A DNA stretch of 64,000 nt from Eledone cirrhosa (taxonomy: Eukaryota). The stretch covers positions 64,480,001 through 64,544,000 of the forward strand of contig OZ024742.1 of the NCBI GenBank assembly GCA_964016885.1. Direction: 5' to 3'. Below, piece by piece: positions 1-13,000 of the stretch (its first letter is position 1; each line of letters starts with the position of its first letter). The position numbers and the translations under genes were made by a program. The notes below the pieces were generated by a model, which was given only the letters and a program-made list of their open reading frames with translations, ran no database searches and was not told where the DNA came from.

Positions 1-999
1 TCCAACAGGTTAGTGGTTACTTTGAAAGAATTTAGATTGTCAAATACAGTAGGCTGAAAAGTTCATAAGCTAATTATGAAGGAGTGATGCTTAGTGTTGT
101 GAAATCGAGCATGCATTAATTTCAGCTCTTATTATTAATAACTGCATTGTTTCTTTCGAGCAACTATGTTGAAAAATAAACCTCATTTGATTATTCCATG
201 AGAGTATCTTGGTGAACCTATGAACTTTTTAGCCCACCCTCATATTAGTAATAGAGGTAGAGTGTTGGGTTCAATTCCCACTGTAATTTCACCCCTTTTC
301 ATAAGTTTAAAACTTATTGAGGTAGATTCTGCCTTTTGTCTCATCACCCCAGTTATTAATAAAGTTAGCAGCCCACCCAAAACTGCCTCTGAAACAAAAC
401 CACCCATTTTAAAGGACTCCTACTTTAATTAAAACTTTCCAACATGATTTTATATAAGAACATATGCCACAAATATCATCTTAATGAAATTATGATTTTA
501 GTAAATCTTTCCAAAATTCTTCAGTTATTAATTAAAATACAATGTATTTCATTAGAAATGTGTTAATGAGAGGCAGAGGAGAGGGGCCTATACTGTTTGC
601 ATCTCATTGATGTGGTCGGTGTTTAGCATAGGCACTTGTAGGTCAGTATGGGGGGGGGGGGCGTTCCAGTCAGGAGGAAAGACTGAGAAATGTTTAGTGT
701 GGGTGAGTGGAGATAAGAAGAGAGAGTAGGATATACAGCTAATTTAAAAGAAGAGTAGTAGTTATAGAAGGGACAACCTACTTTTCCATTAGAGTTTGAT
801 AGCTGTATGTTAGTAAACAGTTCTAGTAGCTTCATAGCCTTATGTTCGTGAACAAAGGTTGTGATAGTAGTAGTAATGGCAGCAGTGGTTGTAGTAGTAA
901 TGGCAGCAGTGGTTGTAGTAGTAGATTGACATCCTTATGTTAATGAACAAAGGTAGCAGTAGTAACCATCGTCATTATTATTATTATTGTTACTTGTAG

Positions 1000-1088
1000 C
1001 ATAAACAACGGAGAGAGAGAGAGAGACGCCAACAACAGGCATCACTTAATATGCAGACTTTGTCGAAAACGCAGAAAAGTCGTGAAAG
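1000..1088 (+). CDS. EIF3D: eIF3d exon ([12 protein letters not shown]...QKSRE)
   Basis: ttgtag acceptor, AG|gtaagt donor; in frame with the next exon. Confidence 0.85.
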
Positions 1089-4000
1089 GTAAGTTATTTT
1101 ATGGTATTTCTAATATAATCTTTTACTGTTGTTAATTATCATCAATATGTTTCAGCATTTAGTTTTTATGAGATATTAGATTATTGTGGTTAACTCTGTG
1201 ACATCAACTATTTCAATATACATTGTGGTCAACCAGTTCACTATACATTGTGGTCAACTAGTTCACTATACATTGTGGTCACCTCTTACCAGTTCACTAT
1301 ACATTGTGGCCAACCAGTTCATTACACATTTTGGTCAACTCTTACTTGTTCACTATGTATTCTATTATTTTCTCCTCTCAGCATTTCTGGTTTGCTATTC
1401 ATTACAAACCTGTCTTAACTCTTTACCATTTAAACTGGCCATATCTGGCCAGAATTCTCTCACCTCTTTCTGTTTAAACTGGCTGTAACCAGCCACTCAT
1501 ACTGACATTAAGGTATTGTTCTCAAAATAAATAATATCAAAATCTCATGGATTCGATATTACTGTGAAAATACAATAGTATATATAGAGTAATGTAAATA
1601 CTAAAGGGATAATATTCAAACCTATTCCATATTCATCATATGTTCAACATACTCTTGTCTTTCTCATACAGATATATTATGTTACTTTAATGTAACTCCT
1701 GTAATTATACTTGAATTAATATCTGGCTCCCTAAACACACATATATATGGAATCAGATGTTTGTAGTCATTGGACATGGGCAGTGCGATGCTGTTGATTA
1801 AGCAATTTAGCCAACTCAATTTATTTTGGGTGAACTTCAACACAAGCACAAGTAGATGAACTGGAACATGTAAAATAAGTGTTAGAAAAGATATGAACTT
1901 GACCCTTTGCTCTCTCTAATTATTCCTTCTTTATTTTTAACGAAAATAGTGATGAATAATGAAGAAAAATTCCTTAGTTTAATGAGGAACATAAAAGATA
2001 TTCCTTAGAAATGTAACAAAAGATTATTTTTTAATTGAAGATTCCATTAAATAATAGTTATAATTCTGTTGATATAGGGATCGTCAGCGACAACTTCGAA
2101 AATGGCAGAAGCAGTTTGGCAAAAGACTGCAGGAAAATAAGCAGAAGGTAAGCTTTAACCTTTTTCATACCAACCCACTCAAAACTCTCTCTAGTTCTAT
2201 GTAATAAAACCATTCATTTTAAATTGTCAAGTATAATTTAATATAAGAACCTTTTATTACTTTATGTTGTTACAAATACCATATTAATAATAAAATAATA
2301 ATTTTAGTAAATCCTTTCAAATTCATCATTAATTAATTCAAATACAAGGCATTTCATTAGAAGTATTGTAATGAAAGGGTTAATGTGTGTGAATACTATT
2401 CTGGCACAGGCATGATTGTTTGGGTCACAGTTCGATCTGACTACATGGCACATATGTGAAGACACGTGACTAGTGTTGGATTTACAATCATAAGGTCATA
2501 GGTTCGATTCCTGGACTGGGTGGTGTGTTGGTTATTGAGCATGGATAGACTACACTCCACCTACTGAATGAGCACTCCAATTTCACATGTTGATGAAGGC
2601 ATTTTCTCTACAAGCAAAGGGTAGATTGTATGATGCCTGCATTAAATGTGCAGTGTTGCATAGCAGTGAGACATGGGCAGTAAATACAGAAGGTACACAT
2701 GGATGCTGATGAGAAATAAATTGAGCCTGCTGCATTGGATGTGTAATGTTAGTGTGCATAAAGGACGAGGCATGGAGGAATCAGATGTAGTGTGTAAGAG
2801 AGAAAATTGTTATGCATATGGATGATGAACACTAGTTAAAGAGGTATCACAAGATACGGCCGAATTGTCAATTTGAGAATGTAAGCAAACCACTTTTGCC
2901 TGTCTTTCCATTTGACCAGTGTCATTTAATCTGTTATTTTTGTCCGTTTAGAATCTAATCTCTCTGATTTTCAATTAATATTTCACATGTTTTTAATAAT
3001 ATGGCTCATTCTGTTGGACCCTTCCTAAAAACTAACCTTATCCTAAAGTTACCCATTTCCCGCCCTCACACACCACCATTGCTATTTGGTCCAATCATAA
3101 CTCAGCGGTTTATAGTAAGTTCTCTTACCAATCTGTATAGCAAAGCCACCACCTTGGTTATTACTCCTTAAGTTTAGACCTGGTTGTTTTTCGGTTTGCT
3201 AAGTGGACTGCGGAATTTGGAAAGTCTGAACACTCAGTGACAATGTCACAGATAAAGATAAATTCACCTCCCGCTGCAGGACGAGAATGCAAGGACCGCT
3301 CTTTATTTCAGTCATGGATGACCAACATAATTCCGTCTCCAACACCCTTCCCAGCCCCTCCAACCCATCCATTCCACCCACTCAATGTAATCCCAAACTT
3401 CAGAGTTGCTACCATGAATGTAGACACATTGAAAGGCCCCACAAATGAGGTTGTAGAGATGCTTGAATGTAAGGAAGTTGATTGTTGTTTAAGAGACTAG
3501 GTGGAGAGGTGGGTCTGCTGGATTCATTGTGGGTAAAAAATAATGCTATAAACTTTGGGTGTGAAATGACAACGGACTGGGTGGAGTAGGAATTATGTTA
3601 GTTAAAAAATGGTTAGATGAGGTAATTGCCATAAATAGAATTGCCAATAATTAAAATAAGACTAGTTCTAAATAGAACTACTGTGACAATAATATCGGCT
3701 TATGCACTCCAATCTGGTCTATCTGACGTTATAAAAGACAGGTTCTATGAGTCGCTAATGGACACTACCTCCCAAATAACCGACAGCGACTACTTAATTA
3801 TTGCTGGTGACCTAAATGGTCACGTTGAACAACATAGTGATGGCTATGATGGAATCCATGGAGGCTATGGGTTTGGTACTAGAAATGAGGAAGGCTTCAG
3901 AATTCTGTGACACTAATAACCTAACTATCTGTAACATACATCATCATCATTTTACGTTCGCTTTTCCCTGCTTGCAAGAGTGTAACACAAACTTAAAAAA

Positions 4001-7000
4001 ACGAGACAATCACTTATCACCTATAGATCAGGGGAACACGCCAGCCAGATAGATTATATCCTTACTAGAAGACGTGACAGGGTGTCTGTTGTAAACACTA
4101 AGTCCTTCCCCCCGTGAAGAATGCACCTCCCAACATAGCCTAGTAGTTAGTGACTTCATAGTCAGGACTAGACGTACTCGACGACAAAGGAGGACTACTT
4201 TGAGGAGAAGAATATGGATGTTGAAGGACCCCACAGCCAGTGACAAATTTAAAAGCTTATTACTTGATGCTTTTGACAGTAAGGAAGAGCAATTAGAGAC
4301 GTACAATATAGAGGAACAGCGGGAATTTTTGAAAGTTAACCTACTGAAGGCAACAGATGAAAATCTGTGGCTGGAGCAGATTAAGTATGGCAGGATGGGG
4401 GAAGTAGAGAACACTATCAAGTGGTCAGGAGAGAAGCTAGGAGACAAGTGTACCTTGCAAGAAGGGAAGCAGAGGATAGAAGGTTCAAGCATGTTCTACA
4501 ACGTGAAGTGTTCAGGATTGCAAGACAATGTGTCAAGGAAAACTATGATATTGTCTGGGAGAAGTGTGTCCGTAATGATGATGGTGTACTTGCCATCACT
4601 GATACTGATAAGAAGGTAACTTGGAAGTGTCACTATGAGAAACTACTAAATAATTGTAAATTATAGATAAATTAAGAAAATTACAAACAAATAAATTAAG
4701 TAAATTACAAACAAATAAAATTGATAACCCTCTTGAGTATGATTAACTGAAAATAATTGTTTCTACTTTTTGGCACAAGGCCAGCAATTATGCCAGTGTA
4801 TTACTGGTACTTTATTTTATCGACCCCGTAAGGATGAAAGGCAAAGTTAACCTCGGCGGGATTTGAACTCAGCTGTAAAGGGACGTAACTGTGCTGGAAA
4901 GCATGACGTTCGATCCTCTACCAATACTGCCAATCCACTGCCCTCACTGAAAATAATTTTCTACTTTAGGCACAAGGGCAGCAATTATCCCAGTGCATTA
5001 CTGGTACTTTATTTTATCGACCCCGTAAGGATGAAAGGCAAAGTCAACCTCGGCGGGATTTGAACTCAGACCACAAAGGGCCGTAACTCTATGCTGTAAA
5101 GCATGGCGTCCGACCCTCTACCGATACTGCCAATCCACCCTCACTGAAAATAATGCGAATGCTAAAGGGTTAAAGTTAACTTGTTCAAGACTAAAGTTCT
5201 AGTATGTAGAAAGGAAAATAGGGAACAGGTACCCTCTGGGAAATGGCCATGCTCAGTATGTAGGGAAGGAGTAGGTAGAAATTCCATTCTATGTCTCAAA
5301 TGCAAACTATGTACATAAAAGATGTAGTGGGATCACAGGCAAGCTAAGAACGTAGATTTTATATGTGGCCGATGCTCAGGTGCAATAAGTAGCAAGTGCC
5401 CACAGGATACTAGCCCCTTCTACTGCCCAGATGGTTCCATAGAAATAGTGGACACTTTCTGTTTCCTGGGTGACAAAATCAGCAGTGGTGGTGGGTGTTC
5501 TGAAAGTTCAGTAGCCAGAGTTAGAACGGGATGGAAAAAGTTCAGAGAGCTTATACCGCTGTTGGCCACAAAAGGTTTCTCTCTGAAAATGAAAGGCAGA
5601 CTGTATGATGCTTGTATACGAACAGTAATGCTACATGGCAGTGAGATATGGGCATTGTGTGCAGAGGACCTGTGCAGACTGGAAAGGAACGAAGCATGCA
5701 TGCTCCGTTGGATGTGTAATAGTAATATACACGAACGGCAAAACATAAATGAACTAAGTGAGATATTAGGAATAAGAAGGATCAGATGCTGTTTACTCAA
5801 GAGAAGATTATGTTGGTACGGTCACATGATGCGCATGAAAGACGACAGCTGTGTAAAATAGTGCAGGGTGATCAAAATTGATGGAAGTTACAGAGTAGGT
5901 AGACCCAGAAAAACCTGGGACGACATGATAAAGTCCGACCATGCACAATTGCACCTCTCTAAGGCAATGTCACTGGACCGAGATCTTTGGCGCTACGCAG
6001 TATTACAGAAGACCCGCCTTCCCTACGTGCAAAGTTAAGGTACAGTCAGTAGGCCCCTCCAAACCAAACACACCCCAATCCACTACCCCATTCCATCCTC
6101 TCACTCCTGCCAACACCACCCTTTCTCTACAACATCCAGTCCTAAATAAATGGTGTAGGTGTCACAACAAAAAAAACGCACCGTCCACGCTATAATGTGG
6201 CTGTGTAGGTAATACGGTAAAAAGTTCCCAGTCCACACTGTAAATGTGGTTGGTGTTAGGAAGGGCATCCAGCCGTAGAAAACCTGCCAGATAGTCCTAT
6301 ACGAGTGAGACACGGTCACCTGACCAATCTTGCCTCAAGTGGGACAACTCCCGTCTAACCGATGTTAGCGTGGAAGATAGACGTTAAACGATGATGATGT
6401 CGATGGTGCCAGTGGAAGAAAACTGCAGTAGAAGAAGGCTGACAAAAACCTGAGCAGAGGTGGTTAGAGCTGATCTCAAAGTGCTGAACCCCAGAGGAGA
6501 ACATGAGGGAACAATACGAGAGATGAGAAGCTGTTATGGAAAAAATCTGTCAAATAAATGCAAGCACAGAAAAACAGACATAAAATAATGACAGTGATGA
6601 TGACACTGTTAGACACATCTCTGCCTGTATCGTTTCATATATTTTACTTGAGATGTTTTATTTCTATTTCAGGCTCCTGTTAAGAACCGAGATGCTTCAG
6701 TCCAGGTGCGTGAAACCTGGCAGGTTGTAGAAGATATGGACTTCCCACGACTCAGTAAACTCAGCTTACCGGGAATTGAATCACCTGAAGACTTGTGAGT
6801 AGTACAATGGAAATATGTTGTTTTGGGTGGAGGTGTTAACCTTTTTGATACTAAGCCACTCTAAATTAGCCTTGGTTCTATGAGACAAAACCACCCATTT
6901 TAAAGTGTTCTTATTTAAATAAAAATATTTGAAGAATTTTATATAAGAAACCTATGTTAACTCTTCATACCAACTTGGCCTAAACTGGCTCAAGTTCTAT

Positions 7001-10000
7001 GAAACAAAACCACCCATATTAAAGGTTTCCTATTTAGATTAAAATCTTCAAACAATTTTATATAAGAACCATATTTTAAGTTACTATTTTAGTACACGAG
7101 GAAAACCTTTTTATATGATATTCATTTTTTCTTAAGGTTGCTCTGTGGCAAAATGGAGTTCTATGACAAGTCCTATGATCGAGTTACTACCAAAAATGAG
7201 CGGCCTTTGAAACGAATCAATCGTATTTTTCATAAAGTTACTACAACTGATGACCCCATCATCAGACAGGTAAAACTGCTATCATCATCACCTGTTTAAT
7301 GTCGTGTGAAAGGCTGTAATGTTTGTCATCACCATACATCATCATTCTAGTCTCCAGTTTCTCTCTAATCAACTATTATCTTAAAGTATGGATAGCACTT
7401 AACTTTTCTGTTACCCAATCTGTTCTGTTAACTTTTCTGCTAACTATTCAGTTAATTCCTATTAACCATTGTTAGCTTCTGTTAAGTCCTTTCCATGAAC
7501 ATCTGTATCAATTTTTAAACATTTTTGAGACACCTGATCATTGATTGCTATGTCGGGTTTTCAATGGTCAGCTCTTACATGGTGGTCTGTCTTATATGTC
7601 CGTGAGAAGGTTTGTGGGATGTGGTGTGTTATCTGTAGGAAGGTTTGTTGTCTGGGATGTGGTGTGTTGACATCTGTATATGTTGATGTCCAGGATGTTG
7701 TGTTGTCTGTAGGATATGGTGTGTTGATGTCTGGGATGTTGTGTTGTCTGAGATATGTGTTGTCATCATGGAAGTAATGATGTCTGTTGGACATTTCTCT
7801 TGATAGCTGTATATATTATTTATGTATAAAATATGTTGAGATCTTTATAACTTCTATCTTCTAACGTTTGTAAATGCTTCATTTGTTAGCTTGCCAAGAA
7901 CCAAGGCAATGTTTTTGCCACTGATTCAATCCTGGCCACACTCATGTGTAGTACCCGTTCCACATACAGTTGGGACATCATTGTGCAGCGTGTTGGAAAT
8001 AAGTTGTTCTTCGACAAGAGAGATGAATCTGAATTTGATCTGTTAACTGTCAGTGAAACAGCCAATGAACCCCCTCAGGAGGAAGGTGCTAGCAGTATTA
8101 ACTTCCCACACAATCTCGCTCTCGAGGCTACTTTCATCAATCACAATTTCTCTCAACAAGTTCTGAAAATGGTAAGATTCCACTCGAAATATTTAAAATT
8201 GTTTTTATTTATTTATTTATTGACGTCTTATTCCATTTCCTCCTAAAATGGCTTTTTGTTGAAGCTAATGAAAGACACTGCCTATCGCTTTCAAATAATT
8301 TTGAAAATAATCAAGAATATATGCTGCATATAAATGAGGTCCCCATGTATATCAAATCTTACATATAAACATTTGAAAAGATCTGAAGCCCACAGAGAAC
8401 ATCTCAATGGCCTACATTTATATTATATATTTTAGATATAAACATGTGAAAATGTTTATATCATGTATATTATATCATATCTTACATGTAAAGTTTGTGG
8501 GTAGATAACTTTAACATTGGGTATTCACCAAGTGCTAGTGACTTTGATATAAGATGATTATGATAAGCGATACAATCTGGTGCTTAGCTGCTGTTTTTAT
8601 AACAATCACTACTCTTCCAGGATAGAACATTACTAGTTGAAAGTAACTTGCCTAACACTAATCCACAAACACAATCTGTCAGGGATAGTATTTCTACAAA
8701 ACCTGCTACCTATTCCTTACAGTTGGGCGAACTTGAGGTACTTAGCACTAAGTGTTCTTCCTATTTATCTATTTATTTCAACTTTTTTAGAACAATTCAT
8801 GAAGAATAATATTGGTTTCAGGTTATCAACCAATTAATCACTGGTTAACTCTATTTCTCAAAATGAACCAGTGTACCCTGCCCCTGCCTCTGTATAAATA
8901 TGACATAAAGAAACATCTAGAAAGTATTCCAACACAAAATGTATTGATGATATCAATAGTGTACGGAATTTGTTGTATTCCTGGAGTATTTCTTTCCTAT
9001 TCTTTCTTTTACTGGTTTCAGTCATTAGATTGTGGCCATGCTGGGGCACCTCCACATTAATGATATCAACTCCTGTACTTATTTTTTCAAGATCTCATTG
9101 TTTTGTCAATGTAAACACAAACATGGACACACACACATATATTGTCGTCACCATTTAATGTGTGCTTTTCCATGTTAGCATTGGTATGAAGGGTTTTTGC
9201 CCAGTTCCCATCTTCCAAATTCCACTCACAAAGGCTATAGTGGAATTAATTCACTTGCCCAAGGTGCCATGAAGCAAGAGTAAAGCTGAAACCATGTGGT
9301 TGTGAAACAAACTTGTTAATCACATAGCCTTGTCTGAATCTATATACATGATTTTTATATAAGTAATATTGTTACAATGAACAAAGACTGGGAAGGTTGG
9401 TTCTGTATTGATGTTTAATTTGTAATTTTATCTGTAGGGAGATGAAAAGTATGAGTTTGACAAACCAAACCCTTTTGCTGGTGAAGATGATGATAATGTG
9501 GTAGCATCTGTTGGCTATCGGTAAGTACTCAGCTTGAAAGTTTTTGACATTAGAGTCCTGGAACCTTTCCCACGGTTTTGTCTTTCATGAAGTCCTTCAA
9601 TATCTATTGATTGTGTACACCCCCCCCCCCCTCCCAACTCATCACTTGACTGTACCTCTCCTCTCTTACAGATCAATATCAACTGACTACCCCCCCCCCC
9701 TGCCCTCTGACATTAATATCATTAGCAATAGTCTGTATAACAGTCTTAATCCTAATATTCTGTTTCTGTCTGTAGCTACCGTAAATATAGCCTGGGTAAT
9801 GACATAGAATTGATTGTCCGTTGTGAACATGATGCTGTCATGTATGGACCTAATGGTGACTTACAGTTCATCAACATCAAAACGCTGAATGAGTGGGATT
9901 CCAGGGTAAATATATTGTTTGTATTTTATCTTCCTTTTCCACTGTTTTACACCTCCCTCTTCATCCACTATTTTAACTGTACTTGAGTAGTGGGGGTATT

Positions 10001-13000
10001 TATAGCTTGCTCAGAGGTAACTGATATATGAAACTGGGGATTCCAGGGTAAATATATTGTTTGTATTTATCTTCCTTTCTCACTGTTTTACACTCATCTT
10101 CAACCATTTAACTACTAACATATTGTAATGATTCAGCAGAAAATACCTAAAAACTGGTTGAATTTTTCAAGTGAATAATAGTATCTTTACTTGTGGAAAG
10201 ATTGTTGTCAAAATTTGAAGTATGAGACTAGATGCTTCATTTTTAAATTTGATGCAGTCATAGTGGTGTTTAGTACTTTACAAAAATGTTTTACTAATGT
10301 GGTTTTATGTGGTACAGAATGTTAAGAGTTAACTGTGATAAGGTAGTTAGGGGTGTTTACAGCTGGTTGTCCTTCCAAGTGGTAACCACTGATTTATGAA
10401 GCAGTGGAAGTCCAACGTAAATATATTGTATTTTATCTTACATTCATCTCCACCCATTTAAGTATGCTGGGGTAGTTATAGTATTTATAACTAACTGTCC
10501 TTATCTTATTACACTCATATCCATCTCATTAATTGTACTGGGGTAGTTGGGGTGTATACAACTAGCTGTCTTTATCTTCTTACACTCATCTCTACCCATT
10601 TAACTATGTTGGGGTAGTTGTAGTATTTACAGTTAGCTGTCCCTATCTTACATCCATTTCTATCCTTTTAATTATGCTGGGGTAGTTGTAGTGTTTACAG
10701 CTAGCTCTCCCTACCTTACATCCATCTCTATCCTTTTAATTGTGCTGGGGTAGTTGGGTGTTAACAGCTAGCTGTCCTCAGTAGTAACCACTCATTAATA
10801 TTGTAGTGGTTGAACTTAAGCACATTTAACTAAACATCATTTTGTATTTTGCCAAAAACTGGTAGTTGTAGCAAAATTTCAACCTCTGTGGTCAGCTATT
10901 GGTTAGTTTTCCAATTATGAATGAAGAATTGTAAACATCAAAGAATATTCCATCATTAATTGGCTATATGAAGATGAGTAAGGTATTAAATAATGAGGTG
11001 TTAAGGACAGGTAGATAAGGAATTAAATGATGAGGTATTGTGGACATGTGGGTAAGGTATTAAATAGTGAGGTGTGGTGGACAGATGTGTATAGTATTAA
11101 ATACTGTGAATTGTGACAACTGTTCCATTGTTAATGGGGGGGGGGGGTGTACTGGGTGTATTTTATTATGGCACCGGCACACTAGAGTGGTTGTCATATC
11201 TTCAACAAGACTAAAGTGCCTCACTACTCTCTATTTGTTGACCACGTTACAGAGTGTACTAGGTGTATTTCATCATGGCATTGACATTAGAAAAGTTATT
11301 TTGAACACTGCAAGGTCACAGAGACGTTTCCACTCTATGATGTAAACATTACTGAAGAGGTGGTTTGAAAGGGAGTGATGGTTAAAAGTAGAAAGCGGAG
11401 AGAGTATGTATATGTGTGGAGAGGGTGAGGGTGATGTGTTAGTATGATGGAGAGTGAGAATGGTGAGTAGCAAATTGATTAGTGTGGTTGATTGGAGGGA
11501 AGCAGCATTATATATGTACTGTGTGTGTGTGTATCAACATAATTGTTTTATGTATGTTTTCCATGCTGTCATGTGTTGGAAAGGTTGTCATGTTCTGCGA
11601 CTAGACTAATCAGAGGAGCATATCTTGCCAAGTTTCAATTTGGTGTGGTTTCTACAACTAGATACCCTATCTAATGCCAGCTATTTTATAGCTTATACTG
11701 GGAGCATTTTATATGTAATAAGATGTTATTTATTGTTAATATTTCAGTATAGTGGTGGTGTTGACTGGCGTAGCAGACTAGACATTCAGAGAGGAGCAGT
11801 GTTGGCAACTGAACTGAAGAACAACAGCTGTAAATTGTCTAAATGGACCATTTGTTCATTGTTATCTGGAAGTGATCAAATTAAATTTGGGTAAGCCTAA
11901 TGACATTTCACAAATGTCTCACCTTTCTGTTTAGTGTAAAACTGTTTGATATTACTAGATATCACAGTAGAGCTCTGAGAAGGGGCGACAAGCATGGTTT
12001 GAGCACACAAGAATCCACTTTTTTGCTTGATCATTTTCATGTCAAAATCCATTTTTTCGTGGACAATTATATATCATTTGAAAGTTCTGGAGGGGAACTT
12101 TCTTCTCATAATTTTGATCAAAATCTGACACTTACATATTATGCCAGATCCTCTTAGTCACCATAGTATTTTCACCCATTTACAACTTTTGTCCCGTTTT
12201 CGTTTTTGACTATTGAATGGTAATGCTAGTTCTAGTTCAATGCGCTGGAGCGCTGTAACTTAATTTGTGTTGAAAATGGTACAGTTGTGAAAAAGACTTT
12301 GTGCTTTATTTTGATATAAAAATCGATGGGGTAGGTTAGATAATTATGAAATATAAAAGTGAAAATGTTGTTAATTTTCACTTAGAAAAGAACATTTTTT
12401 TCAAGATTTTATACCACAAGAAAGAAAAATTTCTTGCAAATTCAATACAGCCATTGCTGATTCTGGCCACGAGATCGCACAAAAACATAAAGCCAATAAA
12501 AAGGGGAATACCATGGGTGTTTGTAATGCATATTGACACTACTTGTTGAAATTCCCAAGCAGGGAGAGCTGAAACAGAACATGGATCCAGGGCTTCAAAT
12601 ATCGAGTTTGAGCCAGAATTTCAAGATGAATTAATTGTTAAGTGAACATATTTCTATGAAATTATGCACTAAATTGAGCTACTTAAGTCTTCTAGAGCCA
12701 AAAATTAGCATGGAATTATTGTATTGAGATAGTTTATTCCCTCTCGCTGTTTTAACAATGGAGAGAGCTAGGTTAGAAGTTTCATTTTTCTTAGAGAAAT
12801 ATTGCTCAAATTTTGCCAATAGAAATTATATTGCGCGATGTTTTTTTTTCCAATTTTGAATACAGTCGGATAATTTGTGGTATTGTTTACATTTTCACAA
12901 ATAGTGCTAATTCGTTTTTGTATTTCCTCTCTCTCTCTTTCCGACTAACAAATTTTCTTACTGGAATTAGTTTTCACATTTTGTTTTTTAATCTAGTTCT

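Noticed and set aside
2705-2722. CTGATGA-GAAA hammerhead-like core
   Set aside because: No stem II between the motifs and no supporting stems; it lies in a decayed RTE fragment.
3237-5861. Intact active LINE or host gene
   Set aside because: Multiple frameshifts and stops, missing RT catalytic core, SINE insertions.
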